A stretch of DNA of 64,000 bases from an uncultured Gemmatimonadales bacterium. Its GTDB lineage: Bacteria > Gemmatimonadota > Gemmatimonadetes > Gemmatimonadales > GWC2-71-9. Made by a program: the position numbers and the translations under genes. The DNA lies in the NCBI GenBank assembly GCA_965652025.1, contig CBFGTM010000013.1, forward strand, positions 5,429-69,428, written 5' to 3'. Below, in pieces: positions 1-9,900 of the stretch. Positions within the stretch are counted from its first letter, which is position 1. Every line of letters starts with the position of its first letter. The notes under the pieces are model-generated. The model searched no databases, was not told where the DNA came from, and saw only the letters and a list, made by a program, of their open reading frames with translations.

Positions 1-759
1 GCGGGAGCCACGCACTATACTGAAGCGTCGGGTCAGGGTATCAACAGCCTCCTCTTTTCCCTCCCGAAAGCGCAGGACCCGCTCATCCCGATCTTCGGCG
101 CCCAGGCGGAAGCCGTGGCGAGAGGTGAGCGCGAAGAATGGACGCTCCACCTCGATGGCTCCCGCACGGCCATCGGACCGATTCTCGTAGGCGGCACCCA
201 GGCCGACGGTCCCGGCGAAGAGCCGGCGGCGGCGAAAGCCCAGGGCGACACTGGAGCGGTCCGGGTTCTTCTGATAGCGCAATGCCGCGGCGGAGGCGGT
301 CCCCAGCAGGTTGGTTTCGACCAGTCCGATGGTGAAGGCGATCTCTCCCCCGGTGCTGCGAAAGCGCCAGTCAAACTGGGTACTCCATCCGTCTTTGGTC
401 TCCACCCGCAGAACCAGCCCGGAATCGGTCCGCACCGAGTCGATCTGCACTTTCCGGAAGATGCCCAGTGCCCGAAGATTGCGCTCCGATTCCGCCACCA
501 GCGCCGAGTCGTAGACCTGGCCCCGCCGCAGCAACACCTCCCGCCGCACCACCGGCGCGCGGGTCCGGAAGTGCAGCCGGTTGCCCAGCCGGGCGAACCA
601 GCTGCGCTCGTTGGGATCGAAGATGTCGCGCCTCTGAAGGACTACCCGGTGGATCAGCAGTGCCGAGTCGACCGTGGCTGTGGTATCGGCGGTGGTCTGC
701 GCGGAGAGCTGTAGGGGGCCGAGCAATACGGCGAGCGGCAGAAAGTGCCGAAGACGCAA
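1..759 (-). CDS. BamA/TamA-family outer-membrane protein (POTRA + surface-antigen barrel), N-terminal part; gene runs off the left edge
   Basis: Absent from the ORF track because it leaves the window. Hand translation of the minus strand from TTG at 759 gives a signal-like start (LRLRHFLPLAVLLGPLQLSAQ). A POTRA-like segment follows (RGQVYDSALVAESERNLRALGIFRKVQIDSV..LRVETKDGWS), then amphipathic beta-like stretches. The frame stays open to position 1. Confidence 0.65.
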   Translation of the reverse strand, partial: MRLRHFLPLAVLLGPLQLSAQTTADTTATVDSALLIHRVVLQRRDIFDPNERSWFARLGNRLHFRTRAPVVRREVLLRRGQVYDSALVAESERNLRALGIFRKVQIDSVRTDSGLVLRVETKDGWSTQFDWRFRSTGGEIAFTIGLVETNLLGTASAAALRYQKNPDRSSVALGFRRRRLFAGTVGLGAAYENRSDGRAGAIEVERPFFALTSRHGFRLGAEDRDERVLRFREGKEEAVDTLTRRFSIVRGSR

Positions 760-814
760 CAGAGCTCCAGGTAGAGAACGGCGGCTGAGGGAGCCGGAAG
801 ATAAGAGGGTCGGC

Positions 815-1603
815 TTACTCCAGTGCAGCCACGCTATCGAGGATCCGATCGGGATGGATTCCGCTGGACTGCAGAGCCGCTTCCCGGAATTTACCGGTGC
901 GGACCAGCCAACCTTCCAGTCCCGCTTGTTGAGCACCCTCGATGTCGGACCACAGGTCGTCGCCCACCATGACCGTACCCTGGGTGCTCCCCAGACCGAG
1001 GCTCCGCACCGCGCCCTGGTAGAACGCCGGACTCGGCTTGCCGGCGATCTCTGCAGTCTTCCCGCTGGCGTACTCGAGGCCACTGATGAAGGGACCGGCG
1101 TCGAGCGCGAGCCGGTCATCCTGCTGCCAGTAGCGGTCGCGGGAGAGGGCGATGAACCCGGCGCCCGCCATCAGGTATTCGAATCCCTCCTGCATCAGGG
1201 CATAGGTCCACTGCTCGCCCAGGTCACCCACCAGAATGGCGTCCGGTACTCCGGAGCCGGGCCGGCCGCTGGTCCCGCCGGTCAGGTCGAACTGGTGAAG
1301 GTCCTCCAGCGCGGGGGCTGGGAGAAAGGGAGCGACCCGCTTGAGGCCCCGGCTTCCGGCCAGCTCGGCAGCGGCCAATACCGCGGTGAAGACGTCCCGA
1401 GGTGAGACCTCAAACCCATAGCCGGCCAGGCGCTGCACCAGTGCCGAGCGGGGACGGCTGGTGGTGTTGGTCACCAGCCGGTAGGGTACGCCGGCCGATC
1501 GCAGGCGCTGCAGCGTATCGACGGCACCGGGGATGGCCGAGCCGCCGGAGTAGAGAGTGCCGTCCAGATCGAACAGGAAGGCTCGGGCAGGGGCGGGCCT
1601 CAT
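815..1603 (-). CDS. HAD-superfamily hydrolase, subfamily IIA (NagD-like)
   Basis: 262-aa ORF. It has the FLFDLDGTLY motif I, VTNTTS motif II, and the GKPSP..GDDLWSDIEGA motifs III/IV. Confidence 0.85.
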   Translation of the reverse strand: MRPAPARAFLFDLDGTLYSGGSAIPGAVDTLQRLRSAGVPYRLVTNTTSRPRSALVQRLAGYGFEVSPRDVFTAVLAAAELAGSRGLKRVAPFLPAPALEDLHQFDLTGGTSGRPGSGVPDAILVGDLGEQWTYALMQEGFEYLMAGAGFIALSRDRYWQQDDRLALDAGPFISGLEYASGKTAEIAGKPSPAFYQGAVRSLGLGSTQGTVMVGDDLWSDIEGAQQAGLEGWLVRTGKFREAALQSSGIHPDRILDSVAALE

Positions 1604-1638
1604 GAAGGCAGAGCCGAGACCTCCTTATATTCCGGCTT

Positions 1639-2337
1639 ATGATGCCCCTGGTCCTCTGGGTCGCCCACACCGCCCTCCTCACCCAACTGGCGGCCCCCTA
1701 TCCGTTTAAGGTGGGTGAGACGCTTCGATACGAGGCCAGGCTGGGCTACTTCCCGGTGGGGGAGGCCTCGGTCTCGGTCACTCGCAAGGTCCAGGAGCGG
1801 GGAGAGGAGGCATTCGAGTTTTCGGGGACCGGGCGAGGCGGGCCGCCCGGATGGCGGGTCAGCTACGATCTCACCTCCCGGGTGGCCATCGATCAGTTTC
1901 ACTCGCTTCGCTTTCATCGGAAGATGGTCCAGGGCGGCAAGGTGGACGAGCACGGCTACGTGATCGTGCCGGATTCCTCCCGCTACCGCGAAGAAGGTGT
2001 AGCCGGCGAGTGGATGGCTCCGCCCGACCCGCTGGACGAGCTGGCCTTTTTCTACTACCTCCGCTGGGCACCGCTCGAGGTGGGCCAGTCCTACACCTTG
2101 GCGCGTTACTTCAAGACCGGCTACAACCCGATTCAGGTCACGGTGACCGGCAAGGAGATGTTGCCGATCATGGGCGGCCCCAGCGCCTCCTGCCTGGCAG
2201 TGCAGGTTACCGCCCGGGGATCCACCATGCGGGTCTGGTTCACCGACGACAAGCGGCGGCTGCCGGCTCAGCTGGAGCTGCCACTCCCCTTCGGCAGCGT
2301 GACGCTGAATCTGGTCGGTCAATATCTCCCTAAATAA
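1639..2337 (+). CDS. DUF3108-like secreted protein
   Basis: 232-aa ORF with a hydrophobic N-terminus. The pattern F.VGE.L.Y....G.F.VGEA resembles what I recall for DUF3108. Confidence 0.6.
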   Translation: MMPLVLWVAHTALLTQLAAPYPFKVGETLRYEARLGYFPVGEASVSVTRKVQERGEEAFEFSGTGRGGPPGWRVSYDLTSRVAIDQFHSLRFHRKMVQGGKVDEHGYVIVPDSSRYREEGVAGEWMAPPDPLDELAFFYYLRWAPLEVGQSYTLARYFKTGYNPIQVTVTGKEMLPIMGGPSASCLAVQVTARGSTMRVWFTDDKRRLPAQLELPLPFGSVTLNLVGQYLPK

Positions 2338-3719
2338 CTCTCAATCTCCCACCGGCTCACCTGCAGGTTGTATTGCGTCACCTCGTTGCGTTTGGCCTCG
2401 AGGAACCGTTCGGTCAGGTGCTCTCCCAGCGCCGCCCGGATGACATCGTCCTTCTCGAATAGCTCCAGCGCCTCGTGCAGGTCGCGGGGAAGCTCGTCGA
2501 TCCGGTACTTGCGTCGGTCCCGATAGCTCATCGCGAAAATGTTGCGGCTCACGGGCTCCCGGGCCTCGAGCTGGCGCTCGATGCCGTCCAGGCCAGCCGC
2601 CAGCTGGACCGTGAGCGCCAGATAGGGGTTGCAGGAGGGGTCCGGCATCCGCAGCTCGCAGCGGGTACCGAGCCCGCGGCGGTCGGGGATCCGCACCAGA
2701 GGGGAGCGATTCCGCATCGACCAGGCCACGTTGACCGGCGCCTCGTAGCCAGGCACCAGCCGCTTGTAGCTGTTGATCAGCGGATTGGTGATGGCGCAGA
2801 ACCCGCGCGCGTGCTGCAGCAGCCCCTCGATATAGCTCAAGGCCGTGGGGGAGAGCTGATACTCCGCCTTGGGTTCGTAGAACGCGTTCTCCTTGCCCCG
2901 AAAGAGTGACTGATGGGTGTGCATGCCGCTGCCGTTGATTCCCTCTATCGGCTTGGGCATGAAGGAGGCGATGTAGCCGAACCGGCTGGCCACGTTGCGG
3001 ACCACGAACTTGAAGGTGGTCAGGTTGTCGGCGGTGGTGAGCGCGTCGGCGTAGCGGAAGTCGATCTCATGCTGGCCGGTGGCCACTTCGTGATGGGCCG
3101 CCTCGACCTCGAACCCCATCTCCACCAGTTGTTCCACGATGACTCGGCGGATCTCCTCGCCCCGGTCGAGCGGCCCCAGGTCGAAGTACGCGGCCTCGTC
3201 ATGGGTGAGGGTGGTGGGAGAGCCGTCCGGGGCCTTCTCGAACATGAAGAATTCGGCCTCGCAGCCCGCCATCATGGCAAAGCCGAGCTTCCGGGCCCGC
3301 TCCACCTGGCGCTTGAGCGTGGTGCGGGGGCATCCGGCGAACGGTTGCTCATCGGGTGTGTAGATGTCGCAGAGCAGGCGAGCGACCCGGCCACCCTCAT
3401 CGTCGTACGGGAGGATGCGGAAGGTGTGCAGGTCCGGCTTGAGCAGCATGTCGGACTCCTCGATCCGGACGAATCCCTCGATCGAAGAGCCGTCGAACAT
3501 GATCTCCCCTTCCAGCGCCTTCTCGAACTGGCTGGGGGGCACCTCCACGTTCTTGTTGACGCCCAGGATGTCGGTGAACTGGAGCCGCAGGAAGTCCACC
3601 CGGAACCGGCGGGCCAGCTCCAGCACATCGTTCTTCCCGGCGTTGCCGAGGTCGCTGGGGAAGCCCTCGAGGCTGGGGCGCTCGGGAGATGCAGGAAGAC
3701 GCGGTTTGCGCTCGGGCAT
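2319..3719 (-). CDS. glnA: glutamine synthetase, type I
   Basis: 466-aa ORF. Hallmark segments: FTDILG, MFDGSSIEGF, CEAEFFMFE, HHEVATGQHEIDF, SFMPKP..GSGMHTHQS, NSYKRLVPGYEAP and RIP. Confidence 0.95.
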   Translation of the reverse strand: MPERKPRLPASPERPSLEGFPSDLGNAGKNDVLELARRFRVDFLRLQFTDILGVNKNVEVPPSQFEKALEGEIMFDGSSIEGFVRIEESDMLLKPDLHTFRILPYDDEGGRVARLLCDIYTPDEQPFAGCPRTTLKRQVERARKLGFAMMAGCEAEFFMFEKAPDGSPTTLTHDEAAYFDLGPLDRGEEIRRVIVEQLVEMGFEVEAAHHEVATGQHEIDFRYADALTTADNLTTFKFVVRNVASRFGYIASFMPKPIEGINGSGMHTHQSLFRGKENAFYEPKAEYQLSPTALSYIEGLLQHARGFCAITNPLINSYKRLVPGYEAPVNVAWSMRNRSPLVRIPDRRGLGTRCELRMPDPSCNPYLALTVQLAAGLDGIERQLEAREPVSRNIFAMSYRDRRKYRIDELPRDLHEALELFEKDDVIRAALGEHLTERFLEAKRNEVTQYNLQVSRWEIESYLGRY

Positions 3720-3740
3720 AGTTAACCGACAGCGAGAGCC

Positions 3741-4010
3741 GGGAACGGTGAACGGTGAAGGGGAAAGGTAGGCGGTCAGCGGGTAAGCGGGTATGCAGGT
3801 ATGCGGGTAAGGGGATATGCGGTAGGCGGGTACGTGGGCAAGTCATTGCGAGGGCCGCAGGCCCGAAGCAATCCGGTTGGTGTCGTATTCAGATTGCTTC
3901 GGCACTTTGTGCCTCGCAATGACTACTCCTCTCCGCCCCTCCGACTCTCCGCCTGTCCGACTCTCCGCCTCTCCGCCGCCGTTTACCGTTTACCGCTGAC
4001 CGTTTACGCT
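3741..4010. repeat. Long imperfect inverted-repeat intergenic element with heptamer-periodic arms around a palindromic core
   Basis: The left arm is G-rich with ~7-8 nt periodicity (cggtgaa cggtgaa ggggaaa ggtaggc ggtcagc gggtaagc gggtatgc ...). The right arm is the C-rich mirror (ctctccgcc ... gtttacc gtttacc gctgacc gtttacg). In the core, GTCATTGCGAGG (3842-3853) pairs with CCTCGCAATGAC (3912-3923), and cgaagcaatc pairs with gattgcttcg. Confidence 0.6.
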
Positions 4011-4017
4011 TCTGCCC

Positions 4018-4764
4018 ATGACGTGTCCTCTCTGTGGCGCGCCGGCCAGCGGAAACTTCTGCAGCGCCTGCGGCGCCAGCCTCACCGACCGGGCCTGTGC
4101 CGCGTGCCGGGCCGAGCTCTCACCCCAGGCGCGGTTCTGCCATCGGTGCGGGACTCCCGTGAGCGGAGGCTCCCGGGGTCAAGCGGCTTCGGATCGCACC
4201 GCCTGGATCATCGCCGGTGTGCTGTGCGTCGCCCTGGTCGGAGGGATTGCCTACAAAGTCTCCAGCGCGTCACCCCAGCCCGCTGTGCCCGACATGGCGA
4301 ACACGGGGGCGAGCGGGGGCGACCGGGCCCCCGACATCAGCAGCATGAGTCCCCGGGAGCGGTTCGACCGGCTGTTCAACCGCATTATGCAGGCAGCGGA
4401 GCGGGGTCAGCCGGAGGAGATCGAGCGGTTCACCCCGATGGCGCTGGGTGCCTACGCGCAGCTGGACACCCGGGATGTGGACGCCCGCTACCATGCAGCG
4501 GTGATTTACCTTCAGGGAGGCGGCATTCCTCAGGCTCGCGCGCTGGCCGACACCATACTACAGGAGTCGCCCGGGCACCTGTTCGGCTACATCATCCGGG
4601 GAACCGCGGCCCGAATGGCGGGAGACACCAAAGCCGAGGCGCGGGCGCAGCGCGATTTTCTCCAGCACTATCCAGCCGAGTTGGCCGCCAACCGGGTCGA
4701 GTACCTGGAGCATAGGCCGGTAGTCGAGGAGTTTCGAGCGGAAGCCGGCAAGGGTGAAAAGTGA
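4018..4764 (+). CDS. zinc-ribbon membrane protein with a helical (TPR-like) C-terminal domain
   Basis: The N-terminus carries CPLCG..CSACG..CAAC..CHRCG (double zinc ribbon). One TM segment follows (WIIAGVLCVALVGGIAY), then a helical C-terminal region. Confidence 0.7.
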   Translation: MTCPLCGAPASGNFCSACGASLTDRACAACRAELSPQARFCHRCGTPVSGGSRGQAASDRTAWIIAGVLCVALVGGIAYKVSSASPQPAVPDMANTGASGGDRAPDISSMSPRERFDRLFNRIMQAAERGQPEEIERFTPMALGAYAQLDTRDVDARYHAAVIYLQGGGIPQARALADTILQESPGHLFGYIIRGTAARMAGDTKAEARAQRDFLQHYPAELAANRVEYLEHRPVVEEFRAEAGKGEK

Positions 4765-4860
4765 AGCGTAAAGAGTGAAAACTTCTTCACTTTCACTTTT
4801 CTCCCTTTACGCTTCACTTTTCACTCTTCACTCTTCACTCTTCACTTTTCACTCGTCACC
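4752..4860. repeat. GTGAAAAG-type hairpin plus tandem CTTCACT heptamers (likely terminator/REP-like element)
   Basis: gtgaaaagtgaagcgtaaag (4754-4773) is perfectly complementary to ctttacgcttcacttttcac (4805-4824), a 20-bp stem. The stop codon of the upstream gene (4762-4764) lies inside the left arm. Heptamer repeats cactctt/cactttt run on to 4858, just before the ATG at 4873. Confidence 0.65.
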
Positions 4861-4872
4861 CTGACGCTCGTC

Positions 4873-5718
4873 ATGCAAAGACGAACCATCCACGTCGCCC
4901 ACAGCCCCGACTCCGACGATGCCTTCATGTTCTACGCCCTGGCCGAAGGCAAGCTGGATACCGGCGAGCTGCGCTACGTCCATGAGCTGGCCGATATCGA
5001 GTCGCTGAATCAGCGCGCGCGCCGGGGCGAGCTGGAAGTAACCGCGGTCTCGATTCACGCCTATGCCTATCTGTGGCGGCAGTACGCCTTGCTCAACTCG
5101 GGTTCGTCCATGGGGGACGGCTACGGACCCCGCCTGGTCTCCACCCTTCCGCGTCCCGCCGATCCGCGAGAGGCTCTCCGCGGCCGGCGAGTGGCGATTC
5201 CAGGCCGGTTTACCACTGCCTGTCTGGCACTCCAGCTTTATCAGCCCGACCTCGTGGCCGAGGTGGTACCGTTTGACCGGATCGAGGAGGCGGTTCTGGA
5301 CGGTGATTACGAGCTGGGCTTGTTGATCCACGAGGGCCAGCTGACCTACGCCGACACCGGGCTCCACCTCTGGGCCGACCTCGGGGCCTGGTGGCTGGAG
5401 CATACCGGCTTGCCGCTGCCGCTGGGCGGCAACGCGGTTCGCCGGGACCTCGGGGACGCGACGATCGCCCAGATCGCGCGAGATCTCCGCGCCAGCATCG
5501 AGTACGGGCTGGAGCACAGGGCGCCGGCGCTGGCGCACGCCAGGCAGTTCAACCGGGGAATCGGGGACGAGCGCACCGACACCTTCGTCGGCATGTATGT
5601 CAATCACTGGACCGTAGACTATGGCGACCGGGGACGCCGAGCGGTGCAGACCCTCCTCGACCGGGCCCACTCGGCGGGGCTGATTCCGGAGCGGGTAGCA
5701 GTGGAGTTTGTGGGGTAG
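4873..5718 (+). CDS. MqnA/MqnD-family (futalosine-pathway-type, periplasmic-binding-fold) protein
   Basis: 281-aa ORF. The N-terminal HSPDSDDAFMFYAL pattern and overall size match my recollection of the VitK2_biosynth family. Which member it is was not resolved. Confidence 0.7.
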   Translation: MQRRTIHVAHSPDSDDAFMFYALAEGKLDTGELRYVHELADIESLNQRARRGELEVTAVSIHAYAYLWRQYALLNSGSSMGDGYGPRLVSTLPRPADPREALRGRRVAIPGRFTTACLALQLYQPDLVAEVVPFDRIEEAVLDGDYELGLLIHEGQLTYADTGLHLWADLGAWWLEHTGLPLPLGGNAVRRDLGDATIAQIARDLRASIEYGLEHRAPALAHARQFNRGIGDERTDTFVGMYVNHWTVDYGDRGRRAVQTLLDRAHSAGLIPERVAVEFVG

Positions 5719-5819
5719 CAGCCGATAACTCCAACGAGTACTTTCACAAACACCCTGAGATCAAACCATCGTGCCTCTCGAGCCTGTCAGGTAGCCCCTG
5801 ACCCGGGAGAGGAGTCCGT

Positions 5820-6884
5820 GTGCCTCTTACGGATGAGCCGGTCACACTCCTCGTCGTCGACGATGAGGAAGCCATCCGGAACGCGCTCCGGCGGTTTCTC
5901 CTGCAGCAGGGCTATGACGTGGCCACCGCCGCCGGCGGCGAGGAAGCGCTGGCCATCCTGCAGCGCCAGAGGATCACCGGGATGCTCCTGGATGTGAACA
6001 TGCCGGGCATCAGCGGCGTGGACCTGGTCCCCCAGATCATGGAGCTGGAGCCCACCATCGCCCTGCTGATGCTGACTGCAGTGAATGACGCGACCAGTGC
6101 AGCTCTTTGCATGCAGCGAGGGGCCTACGACTACCTGGTCAAGCCCATCGACCTGGGCCACCTGAGCCGGGCCATCCACCAGGCCCTCCAACGCCGCCAT
6201 ACGCAGCTGGAAGGCCAGCAGATCAATCAATGGCTCAAGGAGGAGGTCACCGCCCGGGTGGCCGAACGGAGGCTGGAACAGGCCAACCAGGAGCGCCTTT
6301 CGGTGGCCACCCTGGAGGCGCTGATCAACGCCCTGGAGGCCAAAGATCCCTACCTGAGGGGCCATTCGGCCCGGGTAGCCGACCTCTCCGCCATGGTGGC
6401 CGCCCAGCTCGGCTGTACCGACGAGCAGATCGAGGCGGTGCGCACCGGTGGGCGGCTGCACGACATCGGCAAGATCGGCATCCGGGAAGGCATCCTCAAC
6501 AAGCGGGGCCGCCTGACCGATGAGGAGTACGATCAGGTGAAGCAGCATGTCACGGTAGGCTCCCAGATCCTGGCTCCCCTGGTCCACCTCAACGATGTCA
6601 CTGCCTTCGTTCGCAGCCATCATGAGCGGTGGGACGGCAAGGGCTATCCGGACCGGCTGGCCGGCGAGGCCATTCCGCTGGGAGCCCGAATCGTGGGCGC
6701 GGTGGAGATCTACGATGCCCTGACCACTGCGCGATCCTACCAGGAACGGATGAATCCGGACGTGGCGCTGGGCCGCATGCGAGAATTGTCCGGTACGGTC
6801 ATTGATCCCGAGGTTCTCCAGGGACTGGAAGCGGTTGTCTCCCATCGCCAGGCGCTGGTCTTCCTCGACGACGCCCGCGTCTGA
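5820..6884 (+). CDS. response regulator with HD-GYP output domain (putative c-di-GMP phosphodiesterase)
   Basis: GTG start. The REC domain shows LLVVDDE..MLLDVNMPGISG. The HD-GYP domain shows HSARVA..RLHDIGKIGI..HHERWDGKGYPD. Confidence 0.9.
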   Translation: MPLTDEPVTLLVVDDEEAIRNALRRFLLQQGYDVATAAGGEEALAILQRQRITGMLLDVNMPGISGVDLVPQIMELEPTIALLMLTAVNDATSAALCMQRGAYDYLVKPIDLGHLSRAIHQALQRRHTQLEGQQINQWLKEEVTARVAERRLEQANQERLSVATLEALINALEAKDPYLRGHSARVADLSAMVAAQLGCTDEQIEAVRTGGRLHDIGKIGIREGILNKRGRLTDEEYDQVKQHVTVGSQILAPLVHLNDVTAFVRSHHERWDGKGYPDRLAGEAIPLGARIVGAVEIYDALTTARSYQERMNPDVALGRMRELSGTVIDPEVLQGLEAVVSHRQALVFLDDARV

Positions 6885-6938
6885 ACCCGCCGGTATGTCT
6901 CCCGCGCCGCCGACTCAGGTCGGCCCGCCCGTCGCTCC

Positions 6939-9900
6939 ATGAGGGGCGCCGATATCGTTCTCCTGGCCGCGGGTGTCATGCTCGCGGCCGGTCTCGTCAC
7001 CGTTCTGGCCTGGTTTCTCTACAGCTTCTATCTCGACTGGGTTGAGCGGCGGCTAGACAACCGTAAAGGTCTGTATCGCGAGCTGGTGGCCGAGCTGGCC
7101 ACCCGCGATCGCACCCTCCTGGAACCGACCATCCACCAGATGCGAACGCTGTACGACCTGGACGCGCTCGAGGCGGTGCTCGAAGAGCAGGCTCGCACCG
7201 CCACCGGCCGCCCCGGCTGGCTGCTCGACGTGTATGATCACCTCGGTCTGGTCGACCAGTACATCGAGAAGCTTCGCACCGCACGGAAATGGCGGGACCG
7301 CGCCTTTGCCGCCGAATTGCTGGGCCGGGTCGGCAGCGCCAAGGCCGTTCCCGCACTCCTGGAATCGGTTCAGGCGACCCAGACCGAGGACGCCGACGTA
7401 CGGGAGATCGCGCTCCGCGCACTGGCGCGCATCGCGGATCCCGCGGCGGTGGAACCGCTGGTGGCCGCCCTGGCCCGGGCGGAAGTCTGGCTGGCCCCTC
7501 GCCTGGCCGACATTCTGGCCCGCCATGGTGAAGCTGTCGTCGACCCCGTTCTTCGGCTCCTCACCGGCGCGGGAAACAACCCGGCGCGAGCCTGGGCCGC
7601 CAACGTACTCGGCGAGGTGAGGGCAGCGCGCGCCTTCCCTGCCCTGATCCAAAGCCTCGATGATCCGGACGATGAAGTGCGGGCCAAGTCGGCCACTGCA
7701 CTGGGCCGGCTAGGGGACCGCCGGGCGATTCCTTCGCTGCTCGATCACCTGCTCTCCGATCCTGCCCCATTCGTGCGGGTCCGGATCGCGTCCACCCTGG
7801 GCCAGTTTGGCGGCCCGGAAGTGGTGGATCGGATGGTCCGCGCCCTGGGGGACTCCGCCTGGTGGGTGCGGATGCGAGGAGTGGAGGCGCTGGAGCAGAT
7901 CGGTCCTATAGCCGAGGGACCCTTGCTGTTGGCGCTGGGTGACTCCGACCCGGAGATCCGGCAGCGCGCCGCCGTGTCGCTGGAGCGGCTGGGTCTCTCG
8001 GCTATCCTGCTTCGACGAGTCGAAGAGGGCCATCGGGTGGAGGAGGCGCTGACCACGCTGGCCCAACTGGCAGCGGCTGGCACCCGCGAGCTGATTGCGG
8101 AACTGCTGCTCCACCCTTCGCTCCCGGTGCGTGCTACCGTCATCTCCGCCATCCGCGAGGCCCGGCGCTCGGACCTCTCCGCCGAGCTGAGCCAGGTGGC
8201 CTCTCGGGATCCGGATCCGGCGGCGCGGCGGGCTGCCTTTGAAGCACTGCGCCGCATCCGCACTCGCACCGTGCTCACCGCCGGCCTGGCCGGAGTGGCC
8301 GATCCCGATCCGGAGGTTCGAATCTCCGCGCTTCAGCTTATCGGCGAGGTGGGAGATCGCGGCGCCATCGAGATTGTCCGCTCCCAGGCCGAGAGCGCGG
8401 AGCCCCGAATCCGGGCCGCCGCGATCCGGGCTCTGGGCAGCATTGGAGCCAAAGGAGTCCAGGCCGATCTCTCCCGGGCCATGACCGACCGCGAGCCTCT
8501 GATTCGAGAGGCGGCCGTTCGGGCGGCCGCCGAGGCGGGCCTGCGCCCGCTGGTGCCAGAGCTGGTCGGGTTGCTCTCCGACCCGGAGGAGCGGGTGCGG
8601 CTGGCCACTGCCAACGCCCTCGGTGTGCTGGGCGACCCCGCGGCGATGCCGGTACTCCTCCAGACCTTCGAGTACGCCTCGCGCGATCTGCGCAGCATCA
8701 TCACCCTGGCGATAAGCCAACTGGATCCGGATGCGCTGAGCGAGTTAATCGAGCGCCTGAACCAGGCAGACGATGTGGAGAGCCGCCTGGTCCTGGCCCA
8801 CACCCTCGACCGGCTGCGCTGGGCCGGCGGGCTGCAGCACCTGGGCCGCCTCGCACAAGATCCAGCCCCCGAGGTGCGAGCAGTCGCGCTCCGTGCAATG
8901 GGCCGAAGCCTCCACCCCTCCGGCCCTCCGCCCGAGATCCTCGTCGGAGCGGCCAGGGCCGGGTTGCGCGATCCGGTGGAGACCGTCCGGGCGGCTGCCC
9001 TCGACCTCTGTTCCCGCCGCTGTCTGGAGGAATTCGGGCCGGACATCGTTGCCTTGCTGCAGGGCGATCCCTCCCCGGTTGTTCGGGAGCGGGCCGCCCT
9101 GGCGATCGGTCTTCTGCGCACGCCCGCCGGCGAGGCGCCGCTGATTGCGGCGAGCCACGACGCCGAGTCGCCGGACCTGCGCGCGGCAGCGTTTCTGGCT
9201 GCTGGAGCCTACGACCGGCGCAGCCTGGTGACCCTGATGCTGGAGATGCCGGATGAGACTGCGATGCGTGAGCGGCTCCGCCATCGAATCAAGACCGATG
9301 CCTGGTTCCGGCTTCTGAGCCGAAGCTTGCCGCGGATGAGTGGGACCGAGATTCGCGCCCTGGTCGCACCGACAGCCGCCGACGCCCAGCGTTCCCTCGC
9401 CACCGGGATTCGCAGTGTCCTGGACGCCGGGGAAAGGGTCCGCCTGATCACCGGCCTGAGCAGCTTCCAGGGAGAGCAGAGCCGCGATGCGCTGTTACAG
9501 CTGATCCGGGTGGACCCCAATCCCGAGGTGCGTACGGCCGCATTGACCAGCGTCGCTGAGCTCCTGGACCCGGACGAGCTGCTCGCATTCGGCAGCCGGG
9601 CGCTGGGAGATCCCAGTATCATGGTCCGGCGTGCCGCTGTCGGGCTGTTCGCTCCGGTCCCGCCCGATCGGGCATGGCCCCGGCTGATCCGGGCGCTGCG
9701 GATGGACGATGATCCCACCGTGCTCGCCTCGGCAGCTGCCCTGGCCGAACAGCAGTTCGAGTCTTTCCGCGACGCTGTCCTCCAGACGCTGGAGGACGAC
9801 CGCGCGGTGCTGGTGGCTCGGCTCTCCCGGTATGTTCATCATCCCGATCTCGCAGCGTTGCTGTCCCGGCTCGCCCGGAGCCCAGCGGTCGAGGTGCGGG

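Noticed and set aside
2913-3725. 270-aa plus-strand ORF antisense to glnA
   Set aside because: Shadow ORF opposite an unambiguous glutamine synthetase. The composition (HLH/GG/VA runs) is non-protein-like.
4822-4858. Tandem heptamer repeats as a possible CRISPR or minisatellite locus
   Set aside because: The units are 7 nt with no spacers and only about five copies, and no cas genes are in the window. They are part of the hairpin element, not a CRISPR array.
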